This document shows positions 11,883 to 22,580 of a DNA stretch of 64,000 bases, in pieces. Source of the stretch: Hyaloraphidium curvatum SAG 235-1 (Eukaryota > Fungi > Monoblepharomycota); assembly GCA_025558095.1 (NCBI GenBank), contig JAIVFI010000008.1, forward strand, positions 124,001 through 188,000. The letters are read 5' to 3'. The translations under genes and the position numbers were made by a program. A model generated the notes under the pieces. It was given only the letters and a program-made list of their open reading frames with translations, did not search any database and had not been told where the DNA came from. Position 1 is the first letter of the stretch; every line of letters begins with the position of its first letter.

Positions 11883-12722
11883 TCACGTGGTATACTGCTC
11901 GATAACAGGTCTCGAGAGCTGCTTCCCGAGCACCCGAATGGCCATCTTTCCGTCCGCAGAGGCCAAGATGGGAACTTCGAGCTCCGTTGGGCCCCATCCT
12001 TTCGGGATCGTCACTTTCTCATGACCAACGCGGAATTCAAGAGTTTTGTCACCAAGTTGGAAGGCAACGGTGGTTCCATCCGAGGACCCATCGCCCCGTT
12101 GCCATCCTGCCCCAGCCGTCTGCCCAAAGACGGTTTCCGAGAACCGTCCTGCGGCACCATCGGCATCGCGCCACTGGAACTTCAAGCCCGTGGTGTCGTC
12201 GTCCACCAGCCTGCCATCGAACGCGGCGGCCTTGCCGTCCTTGACTCCCTCGCCTTCCGTGATCCATGCCACATGCTGTGAGAACTTCTCTCCATCGGGG
12301 GACGTGAGGACCCCCTTTCCGATGTCGGCAACCGCCTTCGGCGGCGCATCGAAGACGACCAGCACCGCCTTCCTGTCCTCCTCGTCGTCGGCCAGCGACG
12401 CCGACTCGAACTCGACCTTTCCGCCGTCGAGCAGCCGCACTTCCAGCGGAAACTGCCCCAGCGCCGTGCGAATCGCGTAGTTCATCCCCGCAGCCTTCGA
12501 CACCGCTGCCGGGCCGGCCGAGACAAGCGTCGCGGTGCCGTCAGCGCGGCCGACGAATAGGCAGGTGCCGGTGCGGACGTTGGGGTCGTTGTGCAGGATC
12601 CCGGAGGCAGTGTAGCGGAGGTCCTCGCCCGCGGGGCGGAAGGAGATCGAGGGGCCGTGGCGGGTGCCCGTGGTAAAGGTGCGATTGCAGAGAAACGCGT
12701 GAAGAGAGTGGGGAGACGACAT
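11883..12722 (-). CDS. Hypothetical protein (~279 aa, Gly-rich, beta-like, intronless)
   Basis: Open frame from ATG 12722 with GC3-rich codons and globular composition. No motif recognised. Confidence 0.6.
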   Translation of the reverse strand: MSSPHSLHAFLCNRTFTTGTRHGPSISFRPAGEDLRYTASGILHNDPNVRTGTCLFVGRADGTATLVSAGPAAVSKAAGMNYAIRTALGQFPLEVRLLDGGKVEFESASLADDEEDRKAVLVVFDAPPKAVADIGKGVLTSPDGEKFSQHVAWITEGEGVKDGKAAAFDGRLVDDDTTGLKFQWRDADGAAGRFSETVFGQTAGAGWQRGDGSSDGTTVAFQLGDKTLEFRVGHEKVTIPKGWGPTELEVPILASADGKMAIRVLGKQLSRPVIEQYTT

Positions 12723-12968
12723 CTCGCGTCCGGGAGACAGTTCCAGAGGAACGGGAGCAGGCTCTCTTGGAATGCCGATCGACGCGATGGAAAAGAGCTT
12801 GAGAGCTCGTCGAAATAATGCGCTAAGTACTGATTGTTCGCCTTTGCTTCGCGCGGAGCGACGCGAGTTGAGAAAGTTGAGACCTTTTGAGACCCGCGGT
12901 GACATCCTCGCGCCTCCATCGTCTCGAGTAAGGAGGGGCAGGAGGTCGCTTCGAAAGGCAACGCAAGA

Positions 12969-14894
12969 ATGGACTCTCCGACTACAGAAGAGGCTGCGCC
13001 GACGCCGCTCTCGCTGCCTCCGGAGCTGCTCACCAAGATCATCTCGTTCTGCGGTCGGACCTTCGAACACGTCCGGGCGACGCCTTCCGCGCTTCTCCAA
13101 TCGTGCCGCCGGCTTTATGAGCTCGGTCGGTCGCCGGCTACGCGCGTCGAGTTCCTCGTGACGACGTACGGCACATCGCGCGCCTTCGAGGCTTCCGGAC
13201 TCTGGTTGAGACTGCTCAACCGAGATGTCGTGTCGGGCCTCGCGAGGAGGTGCCATCCCGTCCCGCGCTACCAGCTCCAGCGGCTCTACCAGCGATGCGC
13301 GAACGCTTTCAGGACGGACCTCCATCTCCCCATCCTCGTGTCGTCAGACGCCCTCTATCCCCCGCCGGCCGTCTCCAGCTCGGTGGAGTGGCGCCCGGGA
13401 GTGCCGGCCGCAAGCCTCGGATTCTGTCCCGATTGGCCGGACGACGTCGAGTTCGAGAAGCTTGCCTTCTTTGACGGCGAAGCCCTGGATGGCTGGCAGC
13501 AGAAACTGGTGGAAGAAGGCCGAAGCGGTGGCTGGGCCGCACCGGACGACCCTGCGCTGACGGCCATGCTCACGTTGAAGAACGTCTACGGCCTGGGTCC
13601 CGATGCGACGATGGCATACGTCGCGAAATCCTCCATCTCGGCCCGGGAGGACGAGGACGACCTGCCCCTGGACTCTGGAATCGAGGGCGCCAGGCTTTCG
13701 TACGCGCTCCTGCAGCAGGCGGGAGACATGAGGGACGAGGTCGCGCTCCGCCGGCTCATGCGGTACGGTGCCTCGCCGCAGCTCGCGGACGATTCCTTCT
13801 TCTGGCGCACGCTGGGCCGGTACAAGGAGCGTAGGGAGAAGGGTGAGGGCAAGGATCTTGAGGATGACAACGGAGAGCGGCTCATGTGGGACCTGCTCAA
13901 TGTCGAGAATCAAGCCGCCCGCGGCGACCTCGGCTTCATCAATCTCAACAGCCGCGATTTCGAAGGCACGGTCGTCGACGTTATGGCCAGTTGGTACAAG
14001 TCGGAGATGATGGATTCCCTGCGCGACGTCCTCTGGGTCGCGAACATTCTCTCCGCGTCCTGCGTGGACTCTATGAGCGAGAGCTTTTTCCGGGTACTGC
14101 TTTAGCAGCTTCAGGCCAACGGCTGGCTTGCGACGGACGCCGGGCGAGCCGCGCTGCGGAAGGCCGAGAAAGAGCTGCTCGACCGCATGAATGTCCCGCT
14201 GTTAGACCTTCTCGTTCCCTATGTGCGGATTCACTGCGATGCAACTCCGAATCTTTACGCCACCCTCCTCCGCGGTGCGAGGGATGAGGCAATCCAGCTG
14301 CGCGCCGAAGGAAGGAGGTTAACCGCGGACGAAATCGTAGGTAGAAATCGTCGAATCTCCGGCACATGGGTTGACTTGTTGGCTTCCTCTCTATTTCAGG
14401 GCACCATTATGCAGGGAGATCCGGTGCCGCAGGCCGCCACCGACTTTGTGATCCGTGACTACCCGTTCACCGCCGAGGAAATCAAGCAGCTGGTCCAGTG
14501 GATCGTGGCCAACCCCAGCGTCTCGCGTGTACGCAACCTCATCGCCCTCGTCGGTGCGCATCTGGACCTCGTGGACCGGGCAGAGACGTCCGCGGCGCTG
14601 GGTTCACTCCTGAAGCGGTCCCTCCGATTTCCGGCCCTCGCCGACGAGCTCCTTCCGGTTGGCTGGCTGATGCCGCCCGCCATTACCTACGACATCCTCA
14701 GCGACTGCATGAAGGCGATCCATGTGAAGTCGATCGACGCCCTCGGCACCTTCAAGAAGCTGCTCGCGGCCGCCGCCAGGCAGCCTGCGATCATCGGGAG
14801 GGCCAATATGGCGCGGAAGATGGCGGAAGGGAGGGGCGGGGAGTGGAAGGATGCCTGGGATGGCTACGAGAGGAGGTACCAGGCGAAAAAGTAG
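12969..14894 (+). pseudogene. F-box-like N-terminus plus helical domain protein with one in-frame TAG (pseudogene or sequence variant)
   Basis: F-box-like start LSLPPELLTKIISFC. ORFs 12969-14105 and 14187-14894 share a frame. The sequence after TAG 14103-14105 (QLQANGWLATDAGRAAL) aligns with the paralogue (VLAEQGWLDTEAGRASL), whose residue at the stop is Glu. Confidence 0.65.
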
Positions 14895-14982
14895 GCTCTT
14901 TGGGGCATGGATCTTTCGGGACGCTCGAAGTGGCACATCTCGCTCTTGTATCTTCCATCTTGCCATCAACTTGTTGCTCTGA

Positions 14983-17900
14983 CTATACACACCTCCAAGC
15001 AACTACAAGAACGTAGGACTTTACGCAGTTGAACTGCGTGTAGAAGTCCGCCTCGCTGGGGTTCAGAGCGAAACCCGAGCAAGACTGGCGTCCATCGCAG
15101 GCGGCCTGGGTCAGCGCGTCCTTTGCGTCGCGGGAACGTTCGCTGGCGCCGGGCGCTTGTTGGTTTTGCAACTGCTTTGTCACATGTGCGAGACCCGTGG
15201 AGAAAGGGTTCCTGAACATGTTCTGAAGGGAGCTCTGCACATTGGCAGCGGCGAAAGCAGCCGTGCACGCGTCCGTGGCCGCTGCCCTGTCCCCGGGCAC
15301 TTTGCACGTATCGGCCCGGAACGCCTCCGACCCGACCGGATCGTAGGCAAAGGTTTCGATCTTGATCTTCTTGCCAGCGTCGCACTGGATCTCTGCCCGC
15401 TCCTTCGCACACCAAGACCTGCCGAAGAGCCTCGGGCCGGTGTTCACGAAGCCCGACATCCACGTCTTGCCGACTTGCGCAAACGGTGCAACGCTCACGG
15501 TGTCGCAAGAGGCAATGTAGCAGTCCCTGGACGTGAGAGCGCTCGGGCTCGGGTCTGCTGCGTCCCAGGAGAACGCGCGGCATGGGCTAGGCGAGTTCGG
15601 CGCGCCGATCCTGCTAGCACAAGCTGAGCGGCACATGTCGAACGTCGGCACTTTGCCCAGATAGAGGCAGCCTCCGCTGCATGGGCAAGCGAAACTCGCG
15701 GTCCTCATGATGATCTCCCGATTGATCTGGTTGGCGAGCGTCGAGAAAATGCCCGGCAATCCTATCAGGGCCGCAGGATTCAGATAGAGCCTCATGAACG
15801 AACTGAGGCTGTTGGGTCCGGGCTTGACTTCGACCATTTTGTCGGGCTGCTCGTCGAAATACTGCTTGTATCCCGAAACGTGGCTGTTGGTCTGGGCAAT
15901 CGCGTTCAAGCTGAAGGTGGCGTACGAAAAGGTCGTCGTCCAGGCTGCCCTGCCGATGCATTGCGAGTCCCCGCCCCGCGCCCACGTGAAGCCCCAGCAG
16001 ACCGGATCCGCCTCGCACCTCCTCTTGCACGCAGAGGCTGAATCCATCTTGCCGTACGTCTTGAGGCCGTTGAGGCCGTCGCCCCAGTCGCGCACCGCGC
16101 CGGCCGGGACCATCCCCTCGATCAGGCTCCATCCGTCCATGTCCTCCCATTCCTTGAACCCCATCGGCGGTGCCGCGGGATGCTTCGCCACGTAGGCGGC
16201 CTGCCACTCCTCCACCTTCTTCTTCAGATCCGCAGGCAGCAACCTGTGCGCGGGGACGAAGGCATCCATCTTGATCACCCGCCATTGGTCGTAGGTCTGA
16301 TCGACGGACGCAGCCCAGGCGACAAACGAGCTGGTGTCGCCGTCCGGTCTGAACCCTCCCGAGAGCTGGCTCGTCGCACCCCCCACGGCGGTCCAGGTGC
16401 TGCCGCTCACGGCGCTCTTGAACGACCCCGAGGACGAGGACGAGGATCCGCCGCCGGCTCCGACGGATACCCCGGCCTTGCCGAGGCTGACCGACACCTC
16501 GGCGCTGATCGACTGCGACAGCGACGACGAGCTGGAGCCCGCCATGCTCGACGCATCGAAGCTCGAGTACAGCTTGGCCCCGAGCTCGACCTCGGACGGT
16601 ATCACGTGGCCCCACGTGCTCTTGAGCAGATCCTGGTACTGCCCGAACTTGGCGTCCGGAGCCGCCGCCGACTTGTCCACGGCCTGCACCGCGGCGACGA
16701 AATCTGGGTTCACCTTGAAGGGCGACGGGTTGTTGGGGTCCCACGTGATGACGAGCCTCCGGTAGTTCCAGCTTGCCACAGCTCGGGTCTGCTCGCTGCT
16801 CGAAGAGGACTCCGACGACCTTTCCTCCTTGTAGCTGGCAGATGCCGACACGAAACCGTAACTGGCCGAAACGGAGACATCCACGAACCCTGATGTCGCC
16901 ATGGCCGTTTCCCGCTCGGAATGGGTGATCTGGGTCGAGGCTTCCGCGGTGCTGGTGGGACGCAGTGTCAGCCGGATGGCAAAAGGCTTCCGATCCCGAC
17001 ATCACCTCAGAACCTTGTACTGCGGTTTCGGAAACTCTTTCGGATTCGGCGGCACGAGCAGGGCAAACTTGGATCCGATCGACTGCGCCGGCGCCGCCCC
17101 GGAGAGCTTGAACCCGTTCAGAAGGCTATTGGCGTCGAAGATCTCGAACCACTGCTTCGAGCAGAACTTGGACGGCCGCGGGGGCGAGGCGTCGCCGCAG
17201 GTCGCGCCGTCCTTGTCTTGGTCCTTGCCGCCCGAACCGGCGCCCTTCCCGCCCGCATCCTTTCCGTCCGAATCGTCGTCCTCGCTCGAATCTTCGTCGT
17301 CGCCGACCTCTTCCTCCTCCTCGTCGCCATCTTCCTCCTCGGATGCGAGCCCCTCGACGCGCATCTCGTACCCCGGCGCGATCCTCTGCCCCTTGGCCGC
17401 CATCACCCCGAGGTACATCCCTTCGAGCTCCCCGTCCACGGTCGCCGTGAGGACGAACTGTCCCGGGCTCTTCTGCTTCCCCTTGGCCGCACCGCAGGCC
17501 TGCTGCCGCAGCGGATCCGGTTTGCTCGAACCCGACGAGCCGGCTTTGGCGGAGAACTTGACGGGTTTGGCGCCGGCGCCGGCCTGGGTGGTCATGGCCA
17601 CGAGGGAGAGGTCCTTGAGCGCGAGCGGGGAGCCGTCGCCGCAGGCCCAGCCGCCGATGCGGACGGTGCCGGCGTCCGTGTCGAGGTCGAAGCTTTCGAG
17701 GTCCCCGGCAAATTGCGGGGCTGCGGTGGCGGATCAATGAGCGCGCGCTCGAGGATTGGATCGCATGCACTTACGTGTGACGGTGACGGGCTTGGCGTCC
17801 TTGGTCACCAGCTCCACCTGCTGCGCCTGCCCTGCCTTCGAGGCGGGATCCGCCCCCGGCGGGAAAGCAAAAGCTTTGAGCGCCTTGCCGATAACCCCCG

Positions 17901-19263
17901 TGACCTTCTCCGCCGGAACCACGATCGAGAACCGCACCGTCGCGGCCGCGATCCCGCCGCACTTTGCCAGCACCGCCGGATCGGTGTTGGCCACGGCGGT
18001 GACCCCCGTCGCCATCTCGCTGCCCTTCCCGTACGGCGCGGCCTGCACCGCGACCACGACGGGGGAGCTGGACCCCGTGAGACAGGCCCACCCTTCGACG
18101 AGCCCGGCCCCGGGGACGTCCGGATTGGGCCTGTACCCCGCCAGCTCGCCGATCAGCTTCGGGGGCTCCGCCTTGGCCTTGAGCTGGGCCGCAATCTCCT
18201 CCGCCGTCATGGGTTTGGGCGGTTTCGCGACGCATTGGTACCAAACGCGGAGGTACGGCTCCTCGTCGGCGTCGTTGACCGTGCACGTCTCGGGCTCGCC
18301 GTCGGCGGCCAGCTTGGGTGTCGCGGTGACGGTGCACTTTGTCTTGCCCTGGCACCGCTTCTGCAGCTCCACGAGGGCATTCTTGTCCGTGCCGCAGAGG
18401 GGGCCGGGCGCCTTGGGCTGGCCGCCGCACAGGTTGGCCGAGCCAGGGTACCGTCCCCACGTCGCCCTGAGCACGGATATCTTGTTGCTGGGGCAGGTGA
18501 CGCTGGCCTTCTTGTCCCCGCAGATGGTGGTGAGAAAGAGGCCGACGTGCGGCGCGGGCTTGGACGGCGCGCAGCGGTAGTCGACCTTGAGCGCAGCCTG
18601 CTGGCCGGTGCAGGCCGCGGCCGAGGATACAAGCTCGAAGATGTCGGCGCCGCAGGATTGCCGCGCTTGGCAGGCGGCCTTGACGCGGTCCGTGATGAGC
18701 GTCATCTCGTCAGCCGACACGGCGCACTCTGGTGCCGGGCCCGGGGCGGTTGCCTTGCTTTTCGCGGCCGCCTTTCTCCTGGTGAGACGGCGGCCCGCGT
18801 TCGGGCTCCGAGGGCCGCCCCACATTCGCCGGAGCCAGAGCCGTCCGGCGTACCGCGACCGCAACCGCCGGATCCGGCGTCTCTCCTCCTCATCGTCCCA
18901 AGACTCTTCCTCATCGTCCCCCTCTTCGTCGTCCTCCGCGCTCTCGTCCTCCTCCGAATCCTCGTCCGCGTCCTCCGACTCGTCCTCGCCGTCCCCGTCG
19001 CCGCCCCCGTCGCCGCCCCCAGCCGGCGACTTGCCGCCCTTGCATCCCGCGTCCCCCGCGGCGAACGCGACCTTCTGCACGTCCACGAAGTTCTCGCCGC
19101 AGTCGAGGAACAGGAAGTCGCCGTCCGCGCAGACTGTGGCGGATGCCTGCCCCTTCTTCCCGCGTTCGACCCGGCCAGGCCCTCGCGACGCGTCGGCGCG
19201 CGCCGCGGCCGCCCACGCGAGGACGACGAGCGCGAGGCAGATCAGCGCCGCGCGGAGGGCCAT
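14983..19263 (-). CDS. Secreted MACPF pore-forming-like protein with 3 SUEL-type lectin domains and 2 PAN/Apple-like domains (~1390 aa, 3 exons)
   Basis: Exons 19263-17775, 17720-17006 and 16951-14983 splice in frame. Signal peptide MALRAALICLALVVLAWAAAA. SUEL Cys patterns (ATWGRY..C..CQGKTKC..YLRVWYQC). MACPF signature WGHVIPSEVELGAKL with Ser/Gly-rich TMH-like segments and WAASV..WRVI..P..LL. PAN-like CKRRCEADPVCWGFTW. Confidence 0.82.
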
Positions 19264-20400
19264 CCTCGGGGGCGGGACGGGCGGGAGGCGGCGGGGGGTT
19301 GAAGGATGGGTCCCGCCTTGAGTGGAGCTCCCCAGCCCGTTTCGGGTCTGTCCTCAAGGCCTCAAGGCGACGAGTCGGTGAACATCCAGGAGCGTTCATC
19401 AGTCGGATATTGTGCTGTTGTCTCCTTGGAGGGATGCAAGGCTCGCTAGCCGGCGAGAGCGCCGGAACTTGTGCTCCAACGGGGCTCTCTGATCGAGGAG
19501 TCACCTCGACAACAACCAACAGCCCGCCATAATCTGTCGAAAAATGCCTATTCTTCCGGCTGCATTCCATTATGCAAACCATTCGTTCATTTGCGCTCTT
19601 TCGCGGTCGCCGTCAGTGCCAAGGACCGTCCCCGCCCGGTGCCCTCGCGGCGCGCTTGGGCGGCATTGCGGCGGCGTGACCACGAGGAAGCTGTGCCGGC
19701 CGCCCCGTCCGAAGCCAGTGAGCCGGGCCGCGTGGGAACAAGCCGGTATAAACATGTTCCGGCCGCCAAGCCGCGATTGTAGGCGGCCGACCGGTGTGGC
19801 CGATCGCACACAGCAATCCCGGCCGGTCCGGTCTCCGCGGCGGGGATCCCTGGGCGGCGGGCACCGGAGCGCCGGGACCCGATTTGGATGTGCCGCGAGG
19901 CTTTTGACATGTGTAGCGAGGGGGCATGTGAAGGCGGGCGGGCCGCCATGAGGTTCAGGGTCCCCGGCGCGGAGGCGGGGGCGGGCGGAGGTGTTTGCGA
20001 CACCTGCGCGGCCGGCCGCCCCATCGGAGCGGTTCGGTCTGAGCGGTACAGTGAGATAGAAGGTTGGGCCGCGCGGTTTCGGAGGGCGGAGGCGCGGTCG
20101 GCCGGGTAGAAGCTGGTCCGAAGTTTAGGCGCTGGGTGGCTGAAGCCGGACGGCCCTCGCGATCTGTGGCGAGGCGAATCGGAGGCCGAAGGTAGGCCTA
20201 GTGGCTCCAGGTGTCGGCGGGAGCAGCTTCGAAAGGAACAATCTTTAGGTAGCGCCGCGAATCAGGCCGGGCTTCCGCGGAATTCGTCGGAGGCGGCGTT
20301 TGGAAATGGCGCTGTGTCGGCCGGCCACGACTAGCCGCGGCGCGGGCGGACCCTTTTCATCATCAGCGAAAACAGGTTTCCCCTCTGCCCTGACAAAACC

Positions 20401-21057
20401 ATGAGCATGTCGCCTGTTTCCCCGCAGCCGCCTTCCCCCGCGCTGGTCGAGCTGGCCATGCCGCCGCCGGTGGTGCGGACGCCGAACGGCGTCGTCGCGC
20501 TTTCTGTGACCGACCTAACCGGAGCGGCCGACGACGACGCCCACTCGGTGCGCTCCGTGGCCACCTGCGGCCACTCGGACTCTGGAGACTTGGACGCCTT
20601 TTGCTACGGGTGCCATGTGGACGCCGGCCAGCAGCGCCGGGCCCGGTCAACATCGCCCGCCCGCTCCGCCTCGGTCCGCTCCGGGCCGCTCGACGCCCGC
20701 CCGCCCCCGCCCCACGCCCTGCGCCGCGCGACGTCGATGTCGATGCCCGGCGCACCGGCACCGCCCGGGTTCTCCTCCCTGGGCATGATGTCGCTGCCCG
20801 CGGGCGGCGCCCTGCCGCACACGCACCCGATGGCCCTCTCGATGACCCTTGCGCCCGTGCCGAACGGGCACGCGCATTTCTTGCGGGCCGCGTCGCAGAC
20901 CCTGGGGTCGGGCGCGGTGCCCGTTGCCCCGGTTGTCCCGGACAACAAGTTTACCGCCGCTGTGATGAAGAGCCGGCGGAAGGAGATGGAAAAGCAGCTG
21001 CCGCTTCAGTTGCAGATGCCCGGCATGCAGCTGGACACGCCGGTGGCATTTTACTGA
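20401..21057 (+). CDS. Hypothetical Pro/Ser-rich protein
   Basis: 218-aa ORF with GC3-biased codons, mostly disordered, one CYGCH motif. Confidence 0.5.
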   Translation: MSMSPVSPQPPSPALVELAMPPPVVRTPNGVVALSVTDLTGAADDDAHSVRSVATCGHSDSGDLDAFCYGCHVDAGQQRRARSTSPARSASVRSGPLDARPPPPHALRRATSMSMPGAPAPPGFSSLGMMSLPAGGALPHTHPMALSMTLAPVPNGHAHFLRAASQTLGSGAVPVAPVVPDNKFTAAVMKSRRKEMEKQLPLQLQMPGMQLDTPVAFY

Positions 21058-21512
21058 TTGCTGGGCGATGCGGTGCTGGGCACGGACCTGCCTTTGGCCA
21101 AAATGGACCTTCATGGGAACCCGTGGTGATCTAGACGGAGAACGGCGGCGGGAGCGGCACATGGACCTGCCGGCCCGCGGCCAGAGAATCAGCTTATTTA
21201 CCCCAGCTCATGTACACTTATTGGCGAATGGCACGGACCTGAAGAAGCTCGACTTTGTGTGTCCCCTTGTCCCGGAGCAGGGTGGCTTTTGGCTTCCGGT
21301 AAGTCGAAGAACATTGTTCCATTTCCTGCCATTCCTTCGCGGTCAATCTGCGGACGGTCGTGCCTCGCGATTCTCATTGAGTTTCGTAGCGCGTTGTTGT
21401 TCCTTGGAGGTCGACCCTGCTCGAGTGATGATTCGTCCCCCCCAACCGAAACGTCCGACGCCGCCGTCCCAACCAGACCACCTTCTCCCTCCTTCCCCGC
21501 CTTCCGATAACA

Positions 21513-22116
21513 ATGGTACGCTGCTATCGAGCGCTGCAACGCCGGCCGGGCGGTCCCGCGCGCGCCTGCGCGGTGCCGGTTCCGCTTCTCGGCGTGCGGC
21601 CAAAACCGTCGCGACCCCCGCCCTTTCTGCACCGTGATCCGCCCTTTCGGGAACTGATTCGTACTTTTCTTGCCTTGCGTTTTCCCGCCGCACCGCCGCC
21701 CGGACTCTTCCCCGCCCTCCGACGCCTCCTCGCACCCTTGGCGCGTCCCCTTCGCCCGGCCCCGCCTCCCCCTCCGCAGGCCAAGGCCGCCAAATCCTCC
21801 ACCACCAAGTCCGGCGCGCCCAAGGAGAAGCGACCGTCGACGTGCGCCGTCCATCCGCCGCGCACGTGCTTGATCTGACGCCTTTCTCCCTCTTGACTTC
21901 CTCCCTTTCCCTCCCTACCAGCCCCTGGAACAACTTCGTCTCGTCCCGCCTGAAGGACATCAAGGCCGCCCATCCCGGATGGTCCGTTCCCTCGCCGTCT
22001 GCCGACTGCGTCCGCGCGGCTGACCGTTGTCCGCCCGCAGGACGCACAAGGAGGCCATGGAGCACCTCGGAGGGATCTGGAAGAACGCGCCGGAGAACCC
22101 CAAGAGGGGCAAGTGA
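21513..22116 (+). CDS. Small YABBY/HMG-box-like DNA-binding protein (~65 aa)
   Basis: Spliced product M|AKAAKSSTTKSGAPKEKRPST|PWNNFVSSRLKDIKAAHPGW|THKEAMEHLGGIWKNAPENPKRGK*, matching the fungal YABBY-like (S)xYNxF..L...P...HKE....A..WK.APENP pattern. Introns at 21516-21779, 21842-21921 and 21982-22040. Confidence 0.8.
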
Positions 22117-22580
22117 TCAAGGTGGGCTATCGGTCGCGGAAGGTGCGGACTGGTCTGATCTCTTCGCCTGTTGATCAGAGAAACGGTGGAATGCGGCTGT
22201 AGCAGGGGACGAGGGACGGGCTTTGTCGTAGAGGGGCTGAATGCATGGTTTCTGAGGCAATTTGATCTACTCGCCCTACTCGCGTTTTGTCCGGCGCTGG
22301 CGTCCGTGGGATGTCCTGTCCGATCGCTGAGCCGGACAAGATAGAACAAATCCGCCGTATCGTCCGTGCTTGTATTGCGAGGTGGTAGAGCATCGATTTC
22401 AAGTCCGAATCATTTTTCGTGGAGGACGGATGAAGGCGCCTCCGACGCATTTCGTGCGGCCTTCTCCCGGCCGGGCAGCTCCTTGCATGGAACACCAAAA
22501 AGGGAGAAAAGGAACGAGAGTGTTGTAGAGAACTAGATATTTAGGTGAACAGACACAGCAGCAGGCATACATGCAGTTGA

